Assembly: GCF_000143415.4 (NCBI RefSeq)
Contig: NW_003314266.1
Span: 828,463-892,462 of the forward strand
Direction: 5' to 3'
DNA length: 64,000 nt
Source: Selaginella moellendorffii
Lineage: Eukaryota; Plantae; Lycopodiophyta
Position numbers and translations under genes: made by a program. The notes under the pieces are model-generated. The model saw only the letters and a list, made by a program, of their open reading frames with translations, made no database searches and was not told the origin of the DNA. Numbering within the stretch: position 1 is the first letter of the stretch; each line of letters starts with the position of its first letter. Of this stretch, positions 1 to 13,992 are shown piece after piece.

Positions 1-1989
1 CTCCTAAGAGTGTAAGTTCTTGACACTATTTCTACTACTTCTTGCATATCTTTTCTGAGTTTAGGACTATAGGGAAAATGAAGTAGACACTCAAAGCAGT
101 AGAGAAGGAAAAGAGAAGAAAACAAATACTATAAGTGTAAGTAATTAAAAAAATGTCTTAAGGTTTTAAGTGTTAAAATATAGAGAGAAAATGGCTATAA
201 CTTTTTTTAAATGGTTGGAGTTAAAACATTTTAGGTTTGAATAATACGACTTTACGAAAAAATTAAATTCAAAAGCTTATTTTTGCATGATATGTTGCAG
301 TACTAGAAGAGCAAGGTGTCTAAGTCCCAAAATATTCCCCTCCCCTCTATATAAATGATCAACCAAGTAGTGTTCCACCCCATTCTTGTTTGTATAAATG
401 ACTAGCAACAAATATATACCCATTCTCATTTGCACTTGAGCTTATAGTTAAAAGTGTAAGAAAGTGCATGTTGCCCTGTTGCTCCCAATTTGTAATTCTC
501 CAGGTTTGCAGTGGCTCTCCATCTTCCTTTTGGATGTGATGAGAGAGGTGCGACCAGGAGCTCATCTTGCTCTAATATGTAGAATAGGGCAATATATATA
601 TTTTAAAGAACATATACTCCCACTTAAAAATTATCACATAGAATTTGATTTGCTCCTTACAGTCTGATTGCTGAGCCATTGCCTATTAAGTTGATTGATC
701 ATCGCCCCCCCCCCCCCCCGGGCCCAATATCATGGTAAGATGCCCAAGCTGAATCCAGTCTGAATTTAGGTTTAAAATTCTCTTCTCTTGGCAGCCAAAC
801 TACACCAAGAGGAATTGTGTTATGAACAGAAAATTTCTCTCCACCTGGGCAGATCATGGCGTGTCATCATATCATTACAATCTGGAGGTAGGTCCTTTTT
901 TCCAAGAATCAAACTGTGGTATGGTTGTGACCCATCAAATTATTTTCTGCGTTGTTTGAGTGAAGAGACCATGGGCAAGAAGAATAAGGGATTTATGCAA
1001 TCCTGATTCTTGGCTGAATCCAAGGGTACGTTGAGAATTTAGGGTTAGGGCTTTTGGATCCAACACCATTTCTCTTCTAATTAAAGCTTATAAGCTACAA
1101 CACATGTTGTTTAATGCATTCTTAAATATGGTCTATCTCTTATTTCTGGGATTCATGTCTTATATATGAGATGTTCTTGCGAAATAAAATAATGTGCTCT
1201 AGCAACTTTCTTTCGTCTTTATACTTTCGGACCTTTCCAATTTAGACAAGATTTGTATTAGTGATAAGTATAATTAAACCAAGCTCCTTCCAAGGTGCTT
1301 TTGTGGAGGGGTAGGCACACACATCCAGAAGCTACAGAGGCAGCTGGCACTAGTACGGGCCGAGAATGCAACGCTCAATGAGAGGGTGGCCTAATTGGAG
1401 TACAAATGTGCTTGTGCTGTTGAGGCACATGAGGCACTTGGCTTCCAGGTCAAGTCACTTGTGACTTGGATCCTGGTGAACATCCACAATTAGCGTGATC
1501 TTCAAGCAGGCAATAGGATCTTGATGAGCACTATCAACCAGCATGCATAACAAGAAACCAACATGCTGCTTGTCTCCAACATGAGATTATGCACATTATG
1601 CCATCAGCTTGAAATACACCACTTTCTTTCTGAGTGACCTGGCTAGGAAGCATGCCCATTCTTGATTGGCCATCCAAATATCAACATGATGTTTCCCCAA
1701 CCATAGATACCAAGCCTCCCCAAGCTTGCGATTGGACGACTGAAGACCTCTTCTCGTTATTGCTTTATATATATAAATGTTTGAATCAACATTCATATGT
1801 TTGAAATGTATAAATATTAAGGTTATATTGAGTTGAGACGGCATTGACAGATAGTGGCAAATAGGTGGCACATGACAAGTTCTGTAATCTTTTGAACATG
1901 ATTACCATAGATATCTGAATAATCATGCTATGTTGAAAAGCCTCATCGTCAAATTCATTTTTGGTGTTATTTGGCAATATCATGCAATG

Positions 1990-3050
1990 GTGTATAAGTA
2001 GCATCAACACGATCAAAGCTGTTTGCAGGCGTGGACAATGCTTACAGCTTTTCAGCTTACAACATGGGATGGATCACATGAATACTTCATTGTTAGGCAT
2101 TATATCAAGATAATAGGATAAAGAAAGGGCCTTGTAATTAATTGATCGGGATCCTAACATTAGTATTGGAGCTAAGTTCAATTCTTGTGGCTGATGAGTG
2201 GGGCAAAAATATTTTGAAGGAATATTTAACATGGTGGATCTAGACTAAAGTTTGGTAGACTTTAATAGAAAGTCCATGAGGCATGAGTATAATCGTGGAT
2301 TATCATTCCCTAACAAGGGGATGATTATTAGGCAATAGGTCAGGATAATAAAATAAAGGAAAAACCTTATAACTCTTTAACCAATTGATTTAAGATTTTA
2401 ACACTTATACCATAACTTAGAACTTGGGCCCTAGTGAGCTTGGAATGGATCAAGATCACTAGTCCACAATGGACTTAGAGCTGAATTATAGAGATCTTTC
2501 GTTGAACATATTTGTAAATAGTCAGGAATTTCTTCTGAGGTATAACTTCAAAGCTCTTGAGGTTCTTATTTACAGCTTTGTCCTAATAACCAGCGTATCA
2601 AATGACGAGTTGGAGCAGTATCCGACGTCTTTCGTTCATGTACTTGAAGCGTTTCATGACCGTCCAAAGTGGCAGCAACTTCTCAAATATCAAAGTAGCC
2701 GCAGATCTTTATTCTCTGTCACGCTGATGGCATGCGCGTACATGCACACCAGAGACAGAAATTGCCTTCGTTTCCTAAACAGTGTTCTTGAGGGCCTATT
2801 GACCAAGGCAAACGAGAACTGAAACTTTCCAAATCGCCACTTAAGTCAGCTGCTGCAACTTGTAGACTGGCTTGAGCATCTGGGAATGGAAAGGTTCTTC
2901 GAGAAAGAGATCAAGCAAATGGTGGTTAAAGCTTTCAGGTAAACTTCTTTGTCACTCGGAAAGTTCAATGACTTATCCACAGATGTTGGAGAGGAAATGC
3001 CGCAGGTAGTGAAAGTCAAAAACATCTAGAAAGCTTTGAAGACGGCTTTT
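1990..3050 (+). pseudogene. Truncated diterpene synthase (KS-like) pseudogene, copy 1
   Basis: 2008-2085 matches 3192-3270 (SAYD-type exon); 2570-3050 matches 3650-4080 (LEQYPTSFVHVLEAFHDRPKWQQLLKYQS...SLFSVTLMACAYMHT, LQLVDWLEHLGMERFFEKEIK). Stops and AT-rich insertions; boundaries approximate. Confidence 0.75.
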
Positions 3051-3173
3051 GTCATCTCAAACTTGTTTTTGTTTCAGGTCTTGTGCTGAGAACTCGAGTT
3101 AACTCTCAGCATTCAATCAAGCAAGAGGTGCAAAGGTTTTACTTCTTCTGTTCTGGTAGAGTTTCTTCTTTGA

Positions 3174-5430
3174 TTGCAGAGTAGCATCAGCACGATCAAG
3201 AAGCTGTTTGCAGGCGTGGACGATGCTTCCAGCTTCTCAGCTTACGACATGGGATGGATCGCACGAATACCACATGCTCACAGAACTTGGGCCCCAGTTT
3301 CTTCGGAGCTTGGAATGGATTGTTCGCAACCAGTGCGAGGATGGGTCCTGGGATCAAGGAGAAGAAGATGCTTAGCGGATTTGCAGCACACTGTCGTGTG
3401 TCACTGCTCTGAAAACATGGAACCGAGGGGAGCGTAGCATCCAAAGAGGTAAGCTCTCTGGCACCTGTGAGATACAGAGTTCTTCCTGCAGGTCTAAGCT
3501 TTATAAAGTCTCAACGGCCGTTAGTCCACAATAACTTACAAAGGACATGGAACATCTTCTATGGGAGGGCAAATTATGATGAATCTTTTAGTCAACGTAT
3601 TTGTGAACAGGGTCATGAATTAACAACACTAACTGTAGCTTTTGTCCTGATAATCAGGGTATCAAATGCTGAGTTGGAGCAGTATCTGACTTCTTTCGTC
3701 CATATATTTGAAGCGTTTCATGACCGTCCGAATTGGCAACATCTTCTCAGGGTGGATCTTTATTCTCTGTTACGCTGACGGCATGCGCCCATATGCACAC
3801 TGGAGACAACGAGTGCCTTCGTTTTCTAAAAGGTGCTGTTGAGGGCCCATTGATCAAGCCAAACAAGACTTGAAACTTCTGCCACTTAAGTCAGCTGCTG
3901 CGACTTGTAGACTGGCTTGAGCATCTGGGAATTGAAAGATTCTTTAGGAAAGGGATAGAGCAGACGTTGATTCAAGCTTTCAGGTAAACTACTTGTCACT
4001 AGAAAAGTTGTCAATAGATGTTGGAAAGGAAATGCCGCAGGTACCGGACGTCAAAAACATCTAGAAAGCTTTGAAGACGCTGCTCTTTTGTTCCGGATTC
4101 TTCGTCGTCATGGCTACTAAGTTTCCCCAGGTAGAGTGAAGTGAAGATTTTTATATCACAGTGACGGATTTCGTGTGGTAGACGTGCTACATCAGCGAAA
4201 ATTAAGCGAGGCACACGGTTTGAAGGATCTGTCTCTGCCATCACATGTTTTCTTTCCTAGTGAGAGCAGAAAAATGCTAGTTGCGAACGAAGAGGTTTGC
4301 CTTCAACAGCAAACGTTTTCTTTACAGACGATGATTCCATGGTATAGTATAATGCATCAGATCCAGCACATCGAGGGTATGACTAGATTTACGACAAGTA
4401 TGGATTCCATAAGCATGAGGTACATATGCGATAACTTCCTGTAAATCAGTAAGTTCCTAATCGAAAATTTCCAGTGAACGAGCTTCGATACTGGCCTTCG
4501 CAAAGTCCGACTTCAATGCTTGCCAGAAGATATATCAGAAGGATTTGCAGCACGTTATGAGGTATCTGTGTTCGATGTTTTTCCCCCGGCTTAATTATAT
4601 GCAGCTCTTGAGCCGCAGGTGGAACGAAGAGTGCGGCTTTGGACGTCTGGGTTATGCCCGACAGAAAGACGTGATCTGCCTTTTTACTGCTGCCGCAACG
4701 ATGTTCCAGCAGGAACTCTCGATGGCTCTCATTGTCTGGGCACAGATGAATGTTTGTACAACTGTCATTGAGGACTTTATGGGCATGCACCATTCTCTCG
4801 ACAATTTGAGAAACTTTTGCATTGCCGGGAAAATGTATTAGTAACACATCTTTAGAAGACTTTTGAGTATTAATATGTGTCTTGTGTTCAATCACACAGA
4901 TGGGATCCGTCCGCCTTGAGCTGAACGAAAACGCTAGCAATATTTTCCGAGGATTGTTTAAGACGACAGTTCAGTGTGCTTCCGAGGTACAAGGCAGAGT
5001 TATGACGGCTAGCTTACGAGCTCAAGGAAGTACCTAGAACACAACTTTTCTAATCGCTTTTATCAGTGGGAAAGACTTTGCCATGCGTTTTTACGTGAGG
5101 CAGAATGGAATGTCCCAGCCTCGAGGAGTACAAACGGAATCACGTCCTTTGACCAATCATTTTATCTGCAAACTTTTTCCTGGATGAGAAGTTAAGTGCG
5201 GGAAGTCTCATGGATTACGATCTACATGAACACAGATGCAAAGGCTTTCATCTGTTAACCCTTATATATTCAGTGTGAGAAGAGTATGGGGAAGTCTCAT
5301 GGATTACGAATAGATTACGATCTACATGAAGGAGTACAGATGAGAGGGCGACGATGGAGGAGCTGGTCGAGGACGTGCTCCGGCCCAGAGCAGTGCGTCA
5401 CGTCAAACAAAATTGGAATAATCTATAATA
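3174..5430 (+). pseudogene. Diterpene synthase (ent-kaurene-synthase-like, class I) pseudogene, copy 2
   Basis: SAYDMGWIARIP (SAYDTAW motif); after a frameshift PQFLRSLEWIVRNQCEDGSW (QxxDGSW); FEDAALLFRILRRHGY lacks DxDD; RQKDVICLFTAAATMF...TTVIEDFMG is a degenerate DDxxD. Several frameshifts and stops. Confidence 0.8.
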
Positions 5431-5488
5431 TTCCACCATTTTCAAAAGAATATTCATTTGATAATGGGATATTCTGCATGTTTAAAAT

Positions 5489-7734
5489 TTAAGTGAACCT
5501 GAGATTGGTAAAACCGGCGCTGCTGCCCGCGTTTCTCATCCCCCTGCTGTATGTCCTGTGATCACAGATCATCATCGACGAGGAAACCTCAGTTTCGTGA
5601 TGGTGGTGGTGGTGGTGGTGGTGATGGACTCCACCGTGAAACTTATGTAGGAAATGGTGGTGGTGGTGGTGGCTATTGCCATCCACGGCTGCCAGTGCTA
5701 CTGTCGATGCTGCCGCTACCAATGCGTGCTTCTCGGTAGAGATCGACTCTTGCGACTCTTGTGACAATAGTTCTTCTTCCTGGTCGTGGCCGGAGGAAGG
5801 GGCGCCAGTAGCACAGCTACAAAAATCCATCGAGGAGCTTCGGGGGCTCGTCAATGCCGCCGCTGCTGTGGCTGCCGTGGCTGCTCCTGGATTTGGGTTC
5901 TCAAGAGCCTCCGAGACGCTCGGATTTTGGACAATCACGAGCATCGGCTTCTGGTTGCCACCGCATTTAGCCAAAGACATTGGCTGAAAGAAACAAGCAA
6001 AGGGTCAAGCATTGTGATAAAACGGTAGCAGTGGTGAAGAAACGGTACCACTCCAATGTGCCACTCTTTGAAACTCAGCGTGTTGAAGTCCTTTTCGTTC
6101 ATCTCCTGGAAAGTAGTAGTAACAAGTTAAAAAACAGCATGGAAAAATCGAGCCAGGCTCTCTGAATACTTACGATGCTGTAAATAGGAGGTAGCATAGA
6201 CTCTCTCCCCGAGTGCAACGTGGGAATCACAGTAAAAAAGGGTGTTGTTTCTCTAGCTCTAAAAGTCCACCTGCATGCCCGGGAGTGAGCGCCTAGGAAG
6301 TCCAGAGCTTGGAATAGCACTTACCCGATATAAGAAAAGATACCAATTTCCGTCCACTCCCGAACAAGAAGTCTCATCCAGTATTCATTCGCAACCCCAT
6401 CCGCCTTGGCATGCATCTAGTGGACTTCAAACTTTCAGTCGGATACTTGGATGCAAACAAAGCAAGAACTCACCAACACTTCCGCAACGACCATTGTCAG
6501 CATCGCAGCTTGGAACTTCCTGTAAGAAAAACACAGAAACTATGAACACACAATCATAAAGTAGGAGAAACAACCATCAAAGAAAAAAAGGAAACAAAAG
6601 AAAAACACGCTACAGATGATGTGCACCTCGTACTTGAACATAGTGTACTTGGTGTACAGAGCCGTGTGCATCGTATGAACGCCTTCGTTCTGAATAAGTT
6701 GGAGCTGCTCCCTTAGCAATGCCAGATTCCTCGACACATGGAGAAATATGACGTAAAGGAGCACCAAGTAGATCAGCACCACTAATATCTGCAAAGCAAA
6801 AGAAAAAGAAAACAAAGAAGTGTCAAGTGTATGAACGAGCTCACAGAAGCGACTTGAAAGGAAAAACTCCAGTCATTCTCAATTCACACTTAGCTCAAGA
6901 ACGAAAAACATCATTGTCAGCTATGCAAGAAGAACTTCCACAAAAGCACGGCTATCCAAGAGAAAGTTCCACAAAAGCACTGCCCACTCATCCACTATCG
7001 AAAAGGACACAGGATACAAGACGGACCAATTCTCTAGCAAAACGAAGAACAAGCAAAAGGTCCCAATGAAGTGGAGAAAGTGGGCTTACCGCGAACTGTG
7101 GCACAGCCGCCTTGTATCCGGTGAGCGTGAGGTAGAGCAGCGAGCCGAGCCCAGCAATGCTTCTCCTCTCCGAGATGGAGAGCTGCTCGTGCATGATGCA
7201 GTAGCCGTGCGAGATGAGGAGGAACGAGATGAAGCACGCCGTCTCGAAAAAAATGCGCGTCACAAAGACGCCAAACGCGACCCAGAAGGAGCACGTCCCC
7301 AGGTGGAGGCACGAATACCTGGCAATCAATCAAAGCACGCCCAAAATCAATCACCGAGCTAGAAATCGCGAGCTAGAGAGACTCACCAGAACGCGAACGA
7401 GAGCGCCAGGACCAGAGCTTTGAGCACAGGCACGGCAGTGAGGATCCATTGGAGATTGCTCGTCTGCGATCACAATCCCGGGAGTGAGGAGGAAGAAATA
7501 TTTCCATGATGAATGAAGAACCCTAAACTATTCTCTGCATTGACAATGCATGCAAAGAGAAATCGTTACCTGCCATTGCCGCTTCCTCCATGTATTGAGC
7601 GTCCAGATTCCCACCAGGGTCGTCCAGATGAGCAGCAATCCAAAGAAGAGGAACGGCAGAGGCCTGTAGAGCGCCTCCCAATCCCCCGGATTGGAGATCA
7701 CCACTTTGGGGCCATGATTCGCCACAGACTCCAT
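5489..7734 (-). CDS. Conserved plant multi-pass membrane protein (At3g27770-like) with poly-His C-terminal exon; multi-exon
   Basis: ATG 7734; exon 1 ends 7570; exon 2 7463-7387 (TSNLQWIL...); exons with FLLISHGYCIMHEQLS and LREQLQLIQNEGVHTMHTALYTKYTMFK; last exon ends at TAA 5489 and carries His runs. Attachment of the last exon is inferred from its acceptor site. Confidence 0.7.
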
Positions 7735-8522
7735 GCCGATCGCTCGCCGCTCATCAATCACCCGATCAATCCATGGAAAATGCTGGGAATCGGCGGCGAT
7801 CGACCAGAAGAAGGGAGAAGAAGAAGAAGAAGTAGAAGAAGATTCTAAAAATCTCTCCTCCTTCGTTGCCGTCGTCTCCTCTTCTTACTCCACGAAGACG
7901 CGGCACGAAGCATCCGCTGCGCGGATAGAATCGAAGGAGAAAACGATCGATTGGATCATCGCGAAATATTTTCTCCCCCTTTTTCTCCACAAAGGGGAGA
8001 AAGTCCAATTTTTTTCCTCTTCGTTTGCGAACTGTTGTGCCTTCCAGAGACTGCCGGCTATAACTAACAAGCCTGTTAGCGCTTTTCAGTCAGAGTCCCC
8101 TGGGCTAACCACAAAGACCCCCCAGGTGCGAATCGACCGCCACTGTTAGCTAGAGATAACTAACCGTTTGCCAAACGGAACCGCAATACGGAGGTGTGGT
8201 CGTACGAACAACGGTCCATTTTTCCGTTAATCGCACTTTGGCCTCTTCGATTAAGCTTATTTTAGTACTACTGTTAAGCAAAGTATCTTTTGACCGGCGT
8301 CATCTTGTATCATTGACCGGCGCTGAGCAAAATCAGTCGAAGGAAATCTTCGCGGCGTTGGATTCTCATTTTTTTCGTTTTTTTTTTCTGGAAGTAGCGA
8401 ACATTACTTAACAGCTTCCAGGTAAAAATCTTCGAGCTCGCTCGATCGATGGTTGGAGGAGCTCGAATTTCGGGAGTTATGTAGCAGCGAAACGTCTATG
8501 TACTTTAAACTGGAAACGAACC

Positions 8523-11500
8523 TTACGATGCAAATGTGACGATTCGGTCGCTAATGCCGCTCCTGCAAAGCGGGCATTCCGTGCACGCGACTGCGCACGG
8601 TTGACACACTGCAAGAGAGAAGTTAGAATGAAAGGCGAGCGCGGAAACCATTGGAGAACTTACAGCAAAAATGGCGACAGGGTAGAAGAACAGCGGCCGT
8701 GGCGGCTTCGAAGCAAACTTTGCAAACGTGCGCGTGCTTGTCTTCGTCGTAGAGCTGCAAGTTGAGAGTGGGGGCATCGGCGGTTGGCCGTTGGAGTCGC
8801 TCGAGTTTCCTTCGCTCTTGGATCCTGGCCTGGAGACAAACAACGACGAGCTGTAGTTCTCACGACCGTTTTGGAAAGAAGTATCCGCTTGTACCTTGGC
8901 GTTGCTTAGCTTGGTTAGAGCTTCGATATGGATGGCCTGTAGGTCCTCCAGTTCACTGGCGTTCAGCTCCTCTACGGACTCTCCCTAGTAGAATTCACAG
9001 CCAAACAATCAGAAGTGAGCCTTCCAATCTGAGCTGACTAACCTTGAGCTGAGCAACGAGCGCCTTCAAGTCATCAGTTTCTTTGTCCTCTGAGCCGCTT
9101 GTTCTAAGCCTCTCCAGCTCTTGATGTTGTTCCTTGATTTTCTGTATGTTCGCTGCCGATTCTACACTTTGTGGTGATATAGGAGCAACGGCGGTTGAGA
9201 CGTTACGTTCTGGCCTACATTCTGTGATCTCGACCACATCTTGAACAGGTCCACTGGTCGGAGGGTCGTTCGTTTTCATTTTTGCTAACAGAACCCACAT
9301 GCTCGCCAAATCGTTTTCCAAGTCGGCTTCCCGCTGCTTTGATTCGTCAAGCTTTCTCTTTAATTCCTTCTCAAGGGCTTGCTTCTCTGAAACTGTTTGC
9401 TCTAGATATGCTTGCTTCTCTCTCTTAGATCGCACTTCCTCCTTGAGAGCTTGGACTGCATATGGTATCATTAGCCTCCGATCAACACTAGAAACAGAAA
9501 TTCTACCAGTTTTACCTTGACATGTGATACTCAAAGCTTCATTTGAAAGTCTCGTATTTTGAAACACCAACTTCTTGATTTGTTCGGTTAAGTCTTTAAT
9601 TTCAGTAGCAGCTGCAGCTGCCAGGTCCTTGGCATAACAAGCTTCCTCTTCCAGTTTGACATTCTTCATTTGTAAGCAGTTGTTTTCTTCTGACAAACGA
9701 CTCCTTTCCTGGCTCAGTACCTCGATTTCAGCCTTCAAAGACAAACAAATGAATCAGTCAGTAGACAACGTCGAAACCGGCAACCAAACCTTCAGAATCA
9801 CATCTTCTGTTTCTTTCTTTTTAGGATAATTCTCTTGATGTGAAACGACCGTTTTGATGGCTTTTTCAGCACATAGTCGCTCTTCGGGATGTAGCCAGCT
9901 CCCGGCGTCGTTTGCCTCAATCAAGCAGTTCGTCGTTTGGGGTCCAAGAACTATTTTTTGATGGCTAGCCTTCTCCAGAGCTTCTTGAAGTTGTTGTTGA
10001 AGGCGACCATTTTTTTCTTGCAAATCCTTAATTTCAGCCACCTGATAAAAGCTTTAATAGCTAGTTGAAGAACCAAAAACCAAAATGTTACCTTTGATTG
10101 CAACTGTTCCTCAAGAACACGGTTGTCTGCTGTTCTGATCTGAAAAAGCACACGAAAATAGTTTACTTTGTGTTGCCAAATACTTCAAATCCAACCTCAA
10201 GCTCGAAGGCCTTCTCATTTAGCTGACTCGTGAGTTTTTCAATCGCCTAGATACAAAAAACTTAAATCCAAAATTGACGGTAGAACAACGAGTCACCTGG
10301 GACATTTCTGGGTAGGAGGATCTTTCTCCAAGCTCTGTTATTCTTTGCTCTAAAAGTTGCATTTGACTTTTCTTATCTTCAATGTCGTCCCTAAGCTTGC
10401 CAATTTGTACCTGAAACTTATTGAAGCACTTAAGACTCTTTCAGATGAACGGGCCCATACCTGTATTTCAACATCGTCTGGATGGTTTGCTGCTTGTTCG
10501 GTTAGTCGCTTTAGCGAACTAGAGCGTAATGCAATTTCTCCAGCAAGCATCTTGACTTGCTCTCGTGTAAGATCGATTTGATCTGCTATGTCCTGCAAGC
10601 AGATGTTATAGTCAAAAGATTTGCATCAACAGTGACTTACGTGCTCCTGCCCGTTTCCTAAGTCAATACTGCTGGAATCAGTACACCGATCCGGTGGAAA
10701 TGAAGAAGTATCTAGATCCGACTGTTCATCGTATCTCTAGACAATGAGCTTGTTAATACGATTGTACATAAAAAGAAAACCTTACCTCTTCCGACTCCGC
10801 AAAGGAATGCCTTCTATTATGAGCAACGTCGGGAAACGAACCTGACAAATTATTCTTCGTGGAGACTAGTATAAGCTTTGTGAGCTTATGAATTCGTCCC
10901 ATTAAAGCTGCTTTAGCTTGTTCCTCTTCTTCCAATCTAGACTGCATCCTCAGCTGCCCGGCCTCGAGCTTAAATCCAAAAAACGATGAAAAGTGTCAAA
11001 ATTCTTTCAATCCAGCAAGCTTGTACTGACCTGTTGTCTAAGCGTTAATAGATCTTCTTGGTTTGTCGTAGCATATGGTCGTTCTGTCATGCCTCTCTTA
11101 ATAAGCAGCAATTCTTGCTTTAATTTAGTGATCTCCTTTTGATATTTCTTTATCAGCGATCTTTCATCCATAATCTGACGCAAACATTGATACACTGGTG
11201 ACTGTCTGTGAGTGAGATAATATGCTGCATACCCTGTTTGGAGCGGCATAAATCTCGATTCTCTTAGCTCTCTGGGCAAATTTAAGAGTGTTGTGTGTCT
11301 CTTCCATATTGCTGGAAGCAGGTGTAATTGTACAAATAAGCTGTCAAACATGAACTTCCGTTAATATCAAGAAACATATTGTTGCAGCTGTACGTACTGT
11401 TATGCGACCATTGCCACTTAACGAAGATTGCAAAAGCCTTGTCAGTTTGGAATCACGATATGGTATATGTGATGCTTTTCCTTCACTTAATTTCGCGATT

Positions 11501-13164
11501 ACCTGCAAGATGACTTATCGTGAAAATTAAAGAGAAAAAGGGACACGTCGTTTACCGTTCCCAAGGTAAGAAGACTCTTGTTTATGTAAGAGCCTTCTTT
11601 TCGACGCAAGCCAGTGGTTTCAGTTTTAGAGCTCTCAGATCCTGCAAGATCGATAAGATTCTACGAAGTCCAGTTGACAGTGTTAATTAGTTACCAGAAT
11701 TATTTGATGGCTTACCAGCTGGGACAACGTGACTTCATCGTCCGGCCCCTGAGCACGTAAACTGCTTTCAATTGTCTGCAAATCAAAGTGTCAGTACTGT
11801 TTAGTATTCACAAATTATTACCAAGGTAAAGATGGTATGACTTCGACTGCTGAACAGGTTGAAGTTGTTTGATCCAACGTGCCGATGCTCTGTGAAGAAA
11901 TTGAAAACGGAGCGAACTTTTACATTGATGTACCTTCTCCAGCTGCAATGAGTGAAAGAGCATGAGATGGAGACAGCACAACCTCCTCTTTAACCCCTTC
12001 AACATAAGTCCCCTGTCATGTTTGAAAATGAAACCCTTAGATGTAAGTACTTGCATATTAAAGTTCTACCTGAGCATCCTCCCGAATGCGAAGATTTTGC
12101 CCTGCCGGATCGAGCAAATCGTTTATGACCTGGACGGTATATTTTGTAACATGTTAAGTCATAAACAAGGGAACAGAGGTAGCTTACTTCGTTGTATATT
12201 TCAAGGTAAGATACACGCAAGAGAAACTCCCGGTCTGGGGTCTGCGGCAAATGCCAGGGTAAGCAATATACGGATGAAGACATTTCACTGTTCACCTCTT
12301 GGATGATACTAAAAACATCTTTGATAGCTTGTGGAATCACTCCTGGATAATTTTGGTCGCCCTGGATTAACATTTGCAAAAGCTTCAAGAGAAAGAAAAT
12401 GTAATAACTTACGTGCATTGTGTGTGTTTTCCCGCTACTGGTCACACCGTAAGCGAAAACAGTTCCTACAATGAATTGCCTTTAATTCTCAAACACTTGC
12501 GATGGTGAGGCTTACCATTGATCCCTTCCATCGCGCCGCGCACCACGTTTCGTGCTACGGTGTCGTAAACATTTCTCGTGGTCGCGCTGGCCCCGAAGAC
12601 TTTGTCTGGAAATCACAGAGAGAAGTCAGTCTTCGAGATTAAGCGTTGTGAAGAATCTTTCCAACCAAATGTATAAGCAACAGAAGGATTGAACTCGCTC
12701 CGGACAATGTCGCCGTCCACGTACCACGCAGCATCGTCCCCGCGATGAATTTCCCTTTCACTGAAAACCCAAAGATCACCCAAAGATCTCACGAAAAGAA
12801 CAAGAACAAGAGCGTCAAAATACCTCATGGGGCGAAATCGAACAGTCACAGAGATATTCTCCTTGCCGTAATCCACACTCTCATCGGAATGCATTGTCCC
12901 GGCATCCTGGGAGAAGCGCGGCGACGAGCAAGACGATGCCAGGAAATGCGAAGAGACTCTCCCACCATTGCTGCTCATCTGAGACAAAGCCCTGAATCCC
13001 GCCGAGCCGCCACCGCTGCTCCTCCGTCCGGACGACGGCGGCGGCAGCATTCTCGGGGAATTCATCGATTGCCCGAACGATCCCTGGTGCTGCTGCTGTT
13101 GGAAGAGATTTCCATTCACCGAATACCTAAACGGCGACGCTCCCCTTTGCTTGGCCGCTGCCAT
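8523..13164 (-). CDS. Kinesin-7 (CENP-E-like, KIN7C/D type) with C-terminal RING finger; ~20 exons
   Basis: [12 protein letters not shown]-loop [50 protein letters not shown], coiled coils, terminal [21 protein letters not shown]. Confidence 0.92.
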
Positions 13165-13992
13165 GATCGATCCCCAGCGAGCGGCGCCAATGCTCCTCCA
13201 GGCGCCCGATCGATCACACAAACCCTGAGGAGCTCCAAGATCTAAGCATGCATTGGCAAAATGGGGCGATCTCTTTGCGCAAGAGCGCCTTGTATGTGGA
13301 TGTATGTATGGTTTTTAGAGACCAAGACTCCAGGAGGATGACATGGCGGTCACACGAGCCATGTCATAACGGAGGCAACCGGTTGGCCGCGACACGTGTC
13401 GCTTCACGTGTGGTGGCCCCGTCGTGCCAGGTAGTGCCCCATGTGCTTGGCGGGAAAAGCTAGAATATCTGCTGAATCTTTCCCAGTTCAAACATCATGT
13501 GCCATAGATTGCAAGCCAAGTCAAATGGCAGCAAACAAAACACGGCGATTCGGCGAATATCCCTCTCTGTGGAGAAGGATCTTCTCCCTGCGTGAAATGG
13601 AGAGCCCAACGAACTGTCCTTCCCACAAACTTGCCACTTTTTCTCTAAGTCTCTTGCGCAGCAAGATCTTAGCTAGAAACTTGATGCTCTTAATTGTACC
13701 ACAACATAATCCTCACGTTTTTGAGGACATGGACGAGATTCGCACTGCTTGTCTCCGACCAAGACAACCAAACTGTCATAAAAAAAAAGGAGACACGACA
13801 TGAAAGAACTTACAAAAGCAAAAGCGTTTTGCGTGCTGCTGATGGGTCCTCCTCCTGTGAGTAGTGTACGTTGCACGACTCACCGAGAAAGCTGCAAACG
13901 TTTTTAGCCAGACGTGCCGCGTTCGATCATTCACAAGGGCTATCCTTCACGTCAGAGACCTTATTTCGAGTATATGTTCCACGCGACAGACT

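Noticed and set aside
1-1990. Short ORFs, poly-C tract, possible TE debris
   Set aside because: No motif or termini identifiable.
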